Positions 1 through 8,575 of a stretch of 64,000 nt of DNA are shown piece by piece; position 1 is the stretch's first letter, and each line of letters opens with the position of its first letter. A program made the position numbers and the translations under genes. Under the pieces are notes generated by a model. The model made no database searches. It saw only the letters and a list, made by a program, of their open reading frames with translations, and was not told the origin of the DNA. Location of the stretch: the NCBI GenBank assembly GCA_029564765.1, contig JAKQPK010000050.1:210977-274976 (forward strand). Direction: 5' to 3'. This DNA is from Candidatus Omnitrophota bacterium (GTDB taxonomy: Bacteria; Omnitrophota; Gorgyraeia; Zapsychrales; Aceulaceae).

Positions 1-237
1 CTCTTTATCGGCGAGATCCACACGCCCGCCTTGTTCAAACTGGGCGATCGACTCCTGACGCTGTTTGATTTGCTTTTTAATGACCGCAATGATATCCAGA
101 TCGTCAACTTTTTCAACACGCTTATCGATGCGGACATTCTTGATCTGAGCGCGCAAAAAACTTAGTGTAGCGCTCTTGACCGAATCTTTATCTTTCATGG
201 CCTGGATATAATCAGCAGATATTCTTTGTTCTAACAT
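1..237 (-). CDS. yqeY: GatB/YqeY domain protein, 3' end runs off the window
   Basis: Hand translation from ATG 237 (RBS AGGAG upstream): MLEQRISADYIQAMKDKDSVKSATLSFLRAQIKN...KQIKQRQESIAQFEQGGRVDLADKE, typical YqeY pattern; absent from the ORF track. Confidence 0.9.
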   Translation of the reverse strand, partial: MLEQRISADYIQAMKDKDSVKSATLSFLRAQIKNVRIDKRVEKVDDLDIIAVIKKQIKQRQESIAQFEQGGRVDLADKE

Positions 238-250
238 GTTAGGCTCCTAT

Positions 251-472
251 TTAAATTCCTTCTATCATAATCGTTTTGCGTCTGGATTTCAATCCGCTTA
301 TAATAGTAATATTAGTTTTAGTAATTTTATAATATTCTGATAAAAAATCAACTAGTGCTTTGTTCGCCTTTCCATCTACAGCGGGCGCTGTCAGATAAAC
401 ACGCAAGGGTGAAGCATCGGCCTTGATCATGTTCTTTCTGGCGCCAGCAACAACTTTGATCTCAAGTCTCAT
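251..472 (-). CDS. DUF167/YggU family protein
   Basis: LRVYLTAPAVDGKANKALVDFLS...ISGLKSRRK signature; ATG 472 chosen because GAGG lies upstream (track start 484). Confidence 0.88.
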   Translation of the reverse strand: MRLEIKVVAGARKNMIKADASPLRVYLTAPAVDGKANKALVDFLSEYYKITKTNITIISGLKSRRKTIMIEGI

Positions 473-480
473 AATAATCC

Positions 481-1236
481 TCACGAAGAAAAACGCATGC
501 GCGGCGCATTATCTTTAAGCCAGCCCACACATTCCTGATATGCAGCGCAGCAGGATCGCACGCGCTGCCAGAATCTTGAAGAATGATTGGGTTCCAGCAA
601 ATGACAAAATTCGTGGATAAGTACATAGTCCACGACCTGTGGCGGCGCCATGATAATTTTCCAGTTAATATAGATCATTCTCTTCCTTGGATAACAGCTG
701 CCCCAGAGATGCTTCTGGGTTTTGACCATAACTTGTTCAGGGCTGATGTGAAAAGGCCTGCCAAGATCTAAAACACGCTGCGCGATCATCGTCTTGGCCT
801 GTTTTCGATACCAAGCCTTGAGCGCATGCGCGATAGAAGGCTCAATATCATCGCAGGGCATGGCCCAAGGAACAGATATCTGCAAAGAATCCTGCCATAA
901 GCGAACCGTGGCTTTCTTACCTTCGTAAGGATAATAACGTAAAGGATATGTTTTTCCTAAGAACAGAAACATGGCCCCATCGCTATACACAAGGCCTCCC
1001 GATCCTTTCTCAGAAGACTTATCACAAATAATATGACGGTTGATCCACGCTGTTTTCTTGCTCAAAAAATCTTTAACCGTATCTTCTGATATGTTCCGGG
1101 GAACAAAGACTTTTACGCGCTGACCATCTTCAATATAGATGGCCATCGTCTTGCGCCTAGTAGAGCGAACTAGAAAATAATTTAAATGCCTGTCCGCTGT
1201 CACCAGCTGACAGGCTTGTATTTTGGGGTATCGCAA
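481..1236 (-). CDS. YgjP/DUF45 (SprT-like) zinc metallohydrolase
   Basis: RSTRRKTMAI N-terminus, WGSC, YVLIHEFCHLLEPNHSSRFW (HExxH...NHS..FW). Confidence 0.9.
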   Translation of the reverse strand: MRYPKIQACQLVTADRHLNYFLVRSTRRKTMAIYIEDGQRVKVFVPRNISEDTVKDFLSKKTAWINRHIICDKSSEKGSGGLVYSDGAMFLFLGKTYPLRYYPYEGKKATVRLWQDSLQISVPWAMPCDDIEPSIAHALKAWYRKQAKTMIAQRVLDLGRPFHISPEQVMVKTQKHLWGSCYPRKRMIYINWKIIMAPPQVVDYVLIHEFCHLLEPNHSSRFWQRVRSCCAAYQECVGWLKDNAPRMRFSS

Positions 1237-1257
1237 TAAAAATTAACGATTGATTAG

Positions 1258-2394
1258 TTAGAAGAAAGAAACGTCAATATTGACTTTTTTTGCCGGTGAC
1301 CCTACAGTCTTCGCTTCTGGCGGAGTAAAAGCTTTTCCGTCTTTAACAATAAATCCACGATTTCCTTGGGTCAACGCAATCTCATCATGCTTACGTTGCG
1401 CCTCCCGTCGAGCGAGAGCGGCTTGCTGCTTCAGTTGCGACATCCTACCCTTCGCTGCTCGGATCTGCTTGTGATGATCACCTATCCTTGCAAGCAAAGT
1501 TTCATATTTAAGATCTTTGATACGAGCGTCGAGACTATCAAGTTGACTGCTGTAACCTGGGGCCTGATTTTGCCATGCGACATAGTCTTGAGCTGCTAGA
1601 GCGTTGATCTCATCTTGCAATGCTTGCAGATCGCTGCGCAAGCCCTCACGTTGCACCATCAGCATCTTCACATTTTCTCCCAAAGCATCCGCTTTCGCCT
1701 GAGCCAAGGCGGTCTTTAGGGTTACAACCTCTTGCTGTGCCTGCGTATATTGTCTCTGGGTTTCTGCCAATAAATTCTCTGTTTGGGCAAGCAATATTCT
1801 CGCTGAGGCATATTCAAGCTGTAATTCTGAGTACAAACCTTCCAGGGCTTTATGCTGAGCTATCAAACCTTGATAAAGTATCGCCTGCTGGCCTGACGCG
1901 CTAAGGATCAGGGTGTTTGATTGCTCAACGGTCCGCGCGATGGATGCGCGCTGAGCCAAAACCAAGCCACCAAGTGAAAGCATAACCACAACTAAAAATA
2001 TCGTGACCACGGCAAGCACTGTTTCTTTGCGGTCCATGGATGCAATACGGCTCTCAATGCGTTTCTTAAGACGGTCCACGACCTGTGATGGCGCGTCAAT
2101 GAATTCTACTCCGCATAGTGATCCTCGGCGGAACATGCCTCTTGGCTTAGACCAAACAACGCGTCCCTGAGGCGGCAAAACCCCTGTGCCCTGATCAAAG
2201 GAGATCACCGTTCCTTCCGCCAAAGGATGTTGCGCCTTGATCAAAGCACCCGTCGCGCTTAAGTCACAGACACAGCCAAACCCGCTTCCAATACCACCAA
2301 CGCTCCACTTCACGGAGGTCTTTTCGCTCACGCGAAAACTTCGGCGAGAATCCTGATACAATCTCTTAGGAAATCCGAATAAATTCCTTGTCAT
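1258..2394 (-). CDS. PilZ domain - transmembrane helix - long coiled-coil protein
   Basis: RRSFR and DLSATG PilZ motifs, hydrophobic VLAVVTIFLVVVMLSLGGLVLA, Q/E/A/L-rich heptad C-terminus; RBS AAGGAGG. Confidence 0.75.
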   Translation of the reverse strand: MTRNLFGFPKRLYQDSRRSFRVSEKTSVKWSVGGIGSGFGCVCDLSATGALIKAQHPLAEGTVISFDQGTGVLPPQGRVVWSKPRGMFRRGSLCGVEFIDAPSQVVDRLKKRIESRIASMDRKETVLAVVTIFLVVVMLSLGGLVLAQRASIARTVEQSNTLILSASGQQAILYQGLIAQHKALEGLYSELQLEYASARILLAQTENLLAETQRQYTQAQQEVVTLKTALAQAKADALGENVKMLMVQREGLRSDLQALQDEINALAAQDYVAWQNQAPGYSSQLDSLDARIKDLKYETLLARIGDHHKQIRAAKGRMSQLKQQAALARREAQRKHDEIALTQGNRGFIVKDGKAFTPPEAKTVGSPAKKVNIDVSFF

Positions 2395-2409
2395 ACACTC
2401 CTCCTTAAT

Positions 2410-2441
2410 AAAGACAAAAGGCAGCCGTTAGCGGCTGCCTT
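2410..2441 (-). terminator. Terminator-like hairpin immediately upstream of the PilZ-coiled-coil gene
   Basis: AAGGCAGCCG-ttag-CGGCTGCCTT perfect stem; followed on the minus strand by TTTTGTCTTT. Confidence 0.6.
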
Positions 2442-2477
2442 AATCTATGGTCTATTATGTGGGTATATGATCATTAT

Positions 2478-2510
2478 AATGATAAAATGTTCTATAATAA
2501 TTTTATCATT
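2478..2510. promoter_or_regulatory. Inverted-repeat operator candidate overlapping a putative extended -10 promoter
   Basis: AATGATAAAAT-N11-ATTTTATCATT; minus strand reads TTGCCC-N16-TAAAAT preceded by TG. Confidence 0.45.
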
Positions 2511-2544
2511 TTACGATAACAGGGCAAGAATTTTTCCTTTTTTT

Positions 2545-2703
2545 TCACCACTTCCACCCCATCGAGCCTTGGGATTGCTGCTCTTGTATCTTTCGTTCAC
2601 GCTCATATTTCTTCTCCTGAAGATCATAATCTCTTTGGGTGAACGCGCAGCCGGCCAAAAAAGCCGTAACTAATATAAAAATGTGTGCCTTACATTTCTT
2701 CAT
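2545..2703 (-). CDS. Small (52 aa) predicted lipoprotein
   Basis: MKKCKAHIFILVTAFLAGCAFTQRDYDLQEKKYERERKIQEQQSQGSMGWKW; lipobox LAG-C; start overlaps the upstream stop (TAATG). Confidence 0.7.
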   Translation of the reverse strand: MKKCKAHIFILVTAFLAGCAFTQRDYDLQEKKYERERKIQEQQSQGSMGWKW

Positions 2704-3497
2704 TAAAATAAGAATTCCTTTTGTTGCTCAAATGTCATCAAGCGATTTTCTTGCGCACTCTCAATTCCTTGATAATATTGGCAGTATTCGCAATCGGAAG
2801 AATAATCTGGGATCGTTTCGCTCTTTAAACACTGGTACGCCTTGCAAATCACATCCTCGACCCAGCTGTCATCCCCAGCGTACGCGATGATCTGAAGATC
2901 AAAAACAAGCTTTCCATCGAACGCACGCTTATCCTTATTCGCGTTGGCGAACAAAAAATAACCGGTTGAGGCAACGCGCAGATTTTGCTTGCGCAAAAGC
3001 CATTGGTAGATCTCTATTTGCCTCTTATACGCTTGCTTGTATTCAGAGTCTAGGTCAATAGGATCCCGCGTACTTGTCGACTTGTAATCAACAACAAATA
3101 TCTCTCCTGAAGAGGCCTGCCAAAGATCATCCACAGCTCCTGTGACAATAAGATTTGTATCAAGATGATGGTGCTGTACACCTTTAAAGTTTTCCTGCCA
3201 TTGGGAAAGCATAGGATGGGCAAAGGGAACGGCATCAATACCGTACTGCACCATGAGGGGATGGGCTTTCTTCTGCCCACGATAAATATCAAACTCTTTT
3301 TTTAGAAGTTCATCGACCGCACTGTTGAGCGTGAAAGCCGGAATGCTCGGTTGGGACACGCCCAATCGCCTATCCAGATAAAAACAACGCGGGCACTTCA
3401 TAAAATTTTCCAACTTTGAACGGCTCAGCTTAAAAGGCGTTTTTGCTTGCGGATCAAAAAGATTTTTTTTGCGTGCGAATGATGTATTGTTTTTCAT
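2703..3497 (-). CDS. PD-(D/E)XK nuclease family protein (Cas4/AddB-like, Fe-S staple cysteines)
   Basis: LSRSKLENFMKCPRC, GAVDDL...VVDYKST, QIEIYQ, C-terminal CEYC. Confidence 0.85.
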   Translation of the reverse strand: MKNNTSFARKKNLFDPQAKTPFKLSRSKLENFMKCPRCFYLDRRLGVSQPSIPAFTLNSAVDELLKKEFDIYRGQKKAHPLMVQYGIDAVPFAHPMLSQWQENFKGVQHHHLDTNLIVTGAVDDLWQASSGEIFVVDYKSTSTRDPIDLDSEYKQAYKRQIEIYQWLLRKQNLRVASTGYFLFANANKDKRAFDGKLVFDLQIIAYAGDDSWVEDVICKAYQCLKSETIPDYSSDCEYCQYYQGIESAQENRLMTFEQQKEFLF

Positions 3498-5311
3498 TTC
3501 TTAAAGATAGCATCCAAAACGTTGCCGATGATCTCCTTGCCAGGGATCGCTTGCGTCGAGCTTGAGCCATCTTCAGCGGTCTTTCCCCGATCTAGAGCCT
3601 TATCTAAAAGCCTGCCCAATTCTTCCCGGCCCCTTGCCTCAAAAAGCTGCCGCCCCAAATATTCCAGATCAGGCATATAGCTCAAGCGGTCCGGCGCCCG
3701 TCCTGAGATCGTCACAGGGATGGTGATCTGTCCTTGCGTATCTGTCAAGAAAACAAGTTCTTTAACGGCCGTCGCCATGCTCTCGGAAAGGTCCTTGGGA
3801 ATAATAAGACGCGCCGCAAGATTCATCTGAAGATCAAGATCGACCATGCCTTGGCCAGAGAGCAGGAATATATCTGCCTGAGCTTTTGCCGAGCGAATAT
3901 CCATCTGGCCCGATCGGATACCCACATCAAGATCAACGGAATGGATGTTCGTATTGTTTTGCTCAAGCTTTGATCGGTATTGTTCAGGCAAACTCTGCTT
4001 TAATTTCTCGCTCAAGCCAGGCAACATGCTCATTTTATCAAGTACGACCTTTAAAATATTTATGTTGATCAGCTTTCCATCTTTTAACTGCACAGTAACG
4101 CTCCCGCTCGCAGGCTTCATAGCCGCCAAACTCTCAAAAGCCTTACCTTGCATAGTAGCTTTCCCAGACACAACCCCTTCTAGCAAAACTTCTTGACCTC
4201 CCTGGTTAACGACCTGGCCAACATCGATATCGCTGGCGTCGATCTGAAAAGCATACTCTTGGCTCGATAGATAACGGTCGATCGTGGCATTCATTTGAAC
4301 GCGGCCTTTTCCTAAGGCGCAAGAAGCCTGAGGGATACTGAGGTTTTCACCGATGATCTCCATGTTCGCTTCTAAGTTCTGTACAGGGACTTTTAAAAAA
4401 AGTGTTTTTGCTTCGCCACCGCTTAAGCTCCCCTGCATTTTTTTGATCTGGGCACCCTTGGCGCTCAGCCTTATTTCATCCGCAACACATTGAAAGCGCC
4501 CTTTAAAAGGATTCTGCAGCTTAGCTGCCGCCATAGCCGGAACGATCTTCTCGATGAGCCTGGCATCGAGAGTGCCGATATCAACCTGTGCCCGCAAATC
4601 TTTTAGAATACCGGCGGCATGCAATACGTCCACCTCTGCCATGCTCGTTGCCGTCACGTTCTGTTGCGCGCTTAAACAAGCCGCCTTTAAAAAGACTTTA
4701 AAAGGTCTTGTGAGCGAAAAATCAGAGATCTTAAAATCGATCTGCGCCAGCTGCAGACTTTTGTCTTCTTCCCAATGATCCTCAAAATCTAAAACGCCGT
4801 TTGAAATAAAAATGTTCTGAATAAGAATGGCCGCTAACGCGCCGGCCGGGGCCGCGGAAGACGCGGCAGAAGATCGATCATTGCTTTCCTTAAGGATCGC
4901 CAATGTCTGAAAATTAAACATACCTTCAGCATTACGCACCAAAGAGATCCTAGGCTCCAGGATCTCTACCGTGGAAACGTTAATTTGCCGCTTGGTCACG
5001 ACCCCTAAAAGATCAAGGCCTAGGCTCACCTTTCCTAAAGAAGCAAAAGGCTTCTTAGAAAACTGTGGATCATCGGCGATCACGAATCCATCCACGTTCA
5101 CAGATAATCCTTGCGATAACGAGATCTTCACTTTCATATCACCGACCTGCACTTGACGCCCCAAGGCCTGCTGCGCCTGACTGATGATCTGAGGCTTAAA
5201 TGCGTTAGGGTCAAAATTCTTCAGGACAAAAAATGCTGTCACGCCTGCTGCTAAGGATAGCAACAGAACAATGGCTAAAATAACAACAACGACTTTCAAG
5301 ATTTTCTTCAT
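3494..5311 (-). CDS. asmA: AsmA family protein
   Basis: N-terminal TM anchor, FDPNAFKPQIISQAQQALGRQV, PRISLVRNAEGMFNF, C-terminal IPVTISG beta-taco pattern. Confidence 0.82.
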   Translation of the reverse strand: MKKILKVVVVILAIVLLLSLAAGVTAFFVLKNFDPNAFKPQIISQAQQALGRQVQVGDMKVKISLSQGLSVNVDGFVIADDPQFSKKPFASLGKVSLGLDLLGVVTKRQINVSTVEILEPRISLVRNAEGMFNFQTLAILKESNDRSSAASSAAPAGALAAILIQNIFISNGVLDFEDHWEEDKSLQLAQIDFKISDFSLTRPFKVFLKAACLSAQQNVTATSMAEVDVLHAAGILKDLRAQVDIGTLDARLIEKIVPAMAAAKLQNPFKGRFQCVADEIRLSAKGAQIKKMQGSLSGGEAKTLFLKVPVQNLEANMEIIGENLSIPQASCALGKGRVQMNATIDRYLSSQEYAFQIDASDIDVGQVVNQGGQEVLLEGVVSGKATMQGKAFESLAAMKPASGSVTVQLKDGKLININILKVVLDKMSMLPGLSEKLKQSLPEQYRSKLEQNNTNIHSVDLDVGIRSGQMDIRSAKAQADIFLLSGQGMVDLDLQMNLAARLIIPKDLSESMATAVKELVFLTDTQGQITIPVTISGRAPDRLSYMPDLEYLGRQLFEARGREELGRLLDKALDRGKTAEDGSSSTQAIPGKEIIGNVLDAIFKK

Positions 5312-6585
5312 TATCTGCTCCTTGTAAACTGAAATGGATTAAATTGTTCCTCAATAAAAACCCGCCAGCAGGTCCCAGACAAAGAGCCCGCAAGCCGTCC
5401 CCGCTCTCCTCGCTGAGGTGTCCGCCACCATGGAGCGAATGGAAAAACTTGCTCCCAGGCCTTCGTGGCATACGGATAGACCATTTGCTGATGACCCCGC
5501 ATGATCGCTTTTTGATCCAAATTCTGAACGATAATCGCCGCCTTGTTGGACATCGTCACGGCCTCTTGGCTAACAGCTTGGTCGTTCATGAGATCTGCAA
5601 GTTGGGCAAAATAGTTTCCTACCCTTAGGTAAGCCAAAGCGATCATGGCTGACCACTCGATCGAGATCATCGGCTGTCGTTCAAACGATTGTCGAGAAAC
5701 TTTATCTGTAAAATCATAACCGACAATATCATCAGTATCAACAAAAAAATTCTCCTCTAAGATCGTGAACATCTCCTGCGCGCTCACGCCTAAGACGCTT
5801 TCAAGGTCTCCCGGAGAAAACGCGAGCAGCGCGAACGCAAAAACATCAGAAGCCATCACAGCATTATCCGGCCCGACAGGGATCCTGGGCTTGCGCGCAA
5901 AGATCTTTTGCTTTAAAAAAGCCTTGATCCCCGCGGCTTTACGATCAAAAACAGCTTTCTGACCACTATCAAATGTTACTGGCTGGATACCCGCAAAGAC
6001 ACCAAAGGCACTGATATTGTTCTCAGAAGAAAAAATTTCCCTCCAGTTAGCGCCCCAATCTGCCCACGGACCCATAGCCAATCCACCCGCAGAATCCTGC
6101 GGCAGCTGCGCGATCCACAAAGCGATCTTGCATGCCAACTCATAAAATCGTCGTCTCCCTGTGATCGCGTCATACTGCAAGGCCGCAATCGCGATCCACG
6201 CATTAGGACCCAAATGGGTCGTTGTTTCTAATCCTACATCTCCGGTCTTTGTATGATAAAAATTCGCAAACCCAACTCCAGTCCATTTTGCATGAAAAAA
6301 ATTTAGAATACTCGCCGCTGCTTCAAGATCATTGTTCAACAAAAACGTCATAGCTGCCAAAGATTGATCGTACGTTGACGCCTGATGAAGCAACATCTCG
6401 TCAGCTGTGTCTGTAAAACTATTGACAAGTCCTGTCTGAGGGTTCTGCTGCGCTTTCAGATAGCGATAGATCTTTTCTTTGCTATAAACTTGGGCTGAGG
6501 AAGTATCGACAGCGATTACAAAATATGCTGTCGCCACAAAAACGGCAGAAAAAAGAGTTCTTCTTGAGAAGTGTTTTGCTGGCAT
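5311..6585 (-). CDS. Exported hypothetical protein, possible (alpha/alpha)6 six-hairpin glycosidase-like fold
   Basis: Signal peptide; GLVNSF, STYDQSLAAM, GPNAWIAIA, SSENN, ISIEWSAM segments resemble helical-barrel glycosidase-like proteins. Confidence 0.5.
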   Translation of the reverse strand: MPAKHFSRRTLFSAVFVATAYFVIAVDTSSAQVYSKEKIYRYLKAQQNPQTGLVNSFTDTADEMLLHQASTYDQSLAAMTFLLNNDLEAAASILNFFHAKWTGVGFANFYHTKTGDVGLETTTHLGPNAWIAIAALQYDAITGRRRFYELACKIALWIAQLPQDSAGGLAMGPWADWGANWREIFSSENNISAFGVFAGIQPVTFDSGQKAVFDRKAAGIKAFLKQKIFARKPRIPVGPDNAVMASDVFAFALLAFSPGDLESVLGVSAQEMFTILEENFFVDTDDIVGYDFTDKVSRQSFERQPMISIEWSAMIALAYLRVGNYFAQLADLMNDQAVSQEAVTMSNKAAIIVQNLDQKAIMRGHQQMVYPYATKAWEQVFPFAPWWRTPQRGERGRLAGSLSGTCWRVFIEEQFNPFQFTRSR

Positions 6586-6591
6586 TAAATT

Positions 6592-8097
6592 TTACGGAAA
6601 ATCCTTTTCGGAAAAGACTTGTGCGCTAAAAATTTCGAGGGTCACAGAAGGATCTTTCCAGGCGTTAGCAGGAAGGCCTGCTTTCTCTGAACAAAGATAT
6701 GACAAAAACTGCTCTTTCGTCCAGCCCTGTTCTGTCGCGACTTGAGGCAAAAATAATCCTTTATTGAAAGGCCCACGACTAACGATCACCCCGTGGACGC
6801 CCAACGTGATCTCTTCAGGATCCTTGATGCGCCAAGGCTTGGAAAGAACAGAGATCTCGACCTCCAATTCCCTAAGCTCATCTTTAGAGACAGGCCGAAA
6901 ACGTGGATCTTGGGTCGCCGACGCAATAGCCATATCGCGCACGGTTTCGATCAACGGGCCTCGTCCAAAAATATTACCGATACATCCTCTTAAGCGCCCA
7001 TGTTTATGTAGCGTGACAAAGGCGCCTTCTTCCTGAAGAAGGCGCGGATCTTTTTCTTTAACATCAAACACTTTTCCATCTTGAATATGCGCAAAGATCG
7101 TCTTGCGAGCAACTTCTAAAAGTTTCTGCTTCTGCTCCTTCGTTAGTTCATCCTTTATGCCCCGCTGAGAACCTTTATCCTGAACTGAGGCAACGAACAC
7201 AGCAGAAAAATATCCCACAACCGCCTGCTTATCCCCGCTCACATCGCCGGAATCCGCGTAGCGCAGAATATCGACCTGCAATCCTTTATCTTTCGCGTAC
7301 AGCATGGCTGTAGCGACAGGAAGGAATCCACATAATTCGATCGCTTTAGTAGCGCAACCTTCCCAAAACTCCTGCACATTCAGCTCTTGAACCAAGCGAA
7401 TAGCCTTCTGGTCCATATTCTTTGCTTGATGCGCGCTGTGATAATGGGACATGTCCGTGCTGATCACGATCAGGACGTCTTGTCTGTCGCCGATAGTCTG
7501 ACGTAAAGCCTTGGCTAAAAGCGCGCACCCTTCGATACCAGGCTGCCCCATCACGATCGGCACGATCTTAAAATCCGCAAAAACTTTCTGCAGAAACGGC
7601 AGTTGAACTTCCAGAGAATGTTCTTTCGCGAAAGCGGTAGGGACAAACTCAAATTCCTTAGATCGCGCAATAAGATCAGTAGCAAAATCTTGATCAACAG
7701 GTATCGATCCCAAAGGGGTTTCAAAAGATCCTTGAGGCCATACCGATGCCCCAGCAAATCCAACATGATGGCTAGGCGCGATCACGACAATCGTTCGATA
7801 AGGGGTCTTACTGGCTGCTTTATACGCGTAAGCGGCCACAGCCCCGGAATACACATAACCAGCATGAGGGACGATCACCACCTCAACTCTTTTTTCAGAA
7901 GGCTGAATGTCCACTTTTTTCAAGAATTCATCAATCTGGTGTGATAACGCTTTTGGGTCCGCGGAATAGAACTGTCCGCTGACATTAGGTTTTTTAACTA
8001 ATTGATCAGCATAAGCCATAGACACCCAAAAGAAAATAAGAACTAAAGGATAAAAGAATTGTATTTTTCTCACAGCGATGCGGGTCTTATCGGACAA
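6592..8097 (-). CDS. amrB: AmmeMemoRadiSam protein B (Memo-like) - protein A (AMMECR1) fusion
   Basis: VSGQFY, PHAGYVYSG, EHSLEVQLPFLQ, ISTDMSHY (Memo), then GAFVTL, LRGCIG, DPRF, LPQVA (AMMECR1). Confidence 0.92.
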   Translation of the reverse strand: MSDKTRIAVRKIQFFYPLVLIFFWVSMAYADQLVKKPNVSGQFYSADPKALSHQIDEFLKKVDIQPSEKRVEVVIVPHAGYVYSGAVAAYAYKAASKTPYRTIVVIAPSHHVGFAGASVWPQGSFETPLGSIPVDQDFATDLIARSKEFEFVPTAFAKEHSLEVQLPFLQKVFADFKIVPIVMGQPGIEGCALLAKALRQTIGDRQDVLIVISTDMSHYHSAHQAKNMDQKAIRLVQELNVQEFWEGCATKAIELCGFLPVATAMLYAKDKGLQVDILRYADSGDVSGDKQAVVGYFSAVFVASVQDKGSQRGIKDELTKEQKQKLLEVARKTIFAHIQDGKVFDVKEKDPRLLQEEGAFVTLHKHGRLRGCIGNIFGRGPLIETVRDMAIASATQDPRFRPVSKDELRELEVEISVLSKPWRIKDPEEITLGVHGVIVSRGPFNKGLFLPQVATEQGWTKEQFLSYLCSEKAGLPANAWKDPSVTLEIFSAQVFSEKDFP

Positions 8098-8458
8098 TAC
8101 GGCTTTGATCTTTGTGGGTTTCAGTAAAGCCTAAAAGCTGCTGAGAATAAAAATCCATGAACGCCTTGCCATCTTCTGATCTGGTATCAGAAAGCCGTAA
8201 ACCTATTTCATAGTCACCACGGTCTGCCTCCTGGCACCAAACGACTTTTGCCGCCAGCATCACAGGCCTTCCTCCAGGCAAAGAGATCACAAGATGGACT
8301 TCTTCATCAACTCCGGGCCTATCTTTCACGCGAAAACGCAAACCATTGGCGCTCACATCTAGAGTTGAAGATTTGGTCATACCCTCTTGAAAAGCGGCAA
8401 ATTTATACTGGACGGGAAGCTCTATATTGAAACGCCGGTAGGATCTTCTATCCTCCAT
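8087..8458 (-). CDS. Stand-alone PilZ domain protein
   Basis: DRRSYRR and DVSANG motifs, AKVVW; ATG 8458 with AGGAG 9 nt upstream. Confidence 0.85.
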   Translation of the reverse strand: MEDRRSYRRFNIELPVQYKFAAFQEGMTKSSTLDVSANGLRFRVKDRPGVDEEVHLVISLPGGRPVMLAAKVVWCQEADRGDYEIGLRLSDTRSEDGKAFMDFYSQQLLGFTETHKDQSRIVR

Positions 8459-8510
8459 GACCTTCAACTCCTTTCATGACAGCTTTTGGATTCCTTTTAT
8501 CAATACCACT

Positions 8511-8545
8511 AAAAAGCCCCTCTGTCAAACGTCAAAGGGGCTTTT
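8511..8545. terminator. Intrinsic terminator downstream of giant gene 1
   Basis: AAAAAGCCCCT...AGGGGCTTTT stem with A/T tracts on both sides. Confidence 0.75.
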
Positions 8546-8575
8546 GCTGCTTCATGGATTATATCTTACTGTAAT

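Noticed and set aside
2511-2606. 31-aa ORF MSVNERYK... with an apparent AGGAG
   Set aside because: Overlaps, out of frame, the better-supported lipoprotein ORF whose codons create the AGGAG.
2703-3497. Cas4-like nuclease as evidence of a CRISPR-Cas or defence locus
   Set aside because: No cas1/cas2 or repeat-spacer array in the window; it is a stand-alone PD-(D/E)XK gene in an envelope operon.
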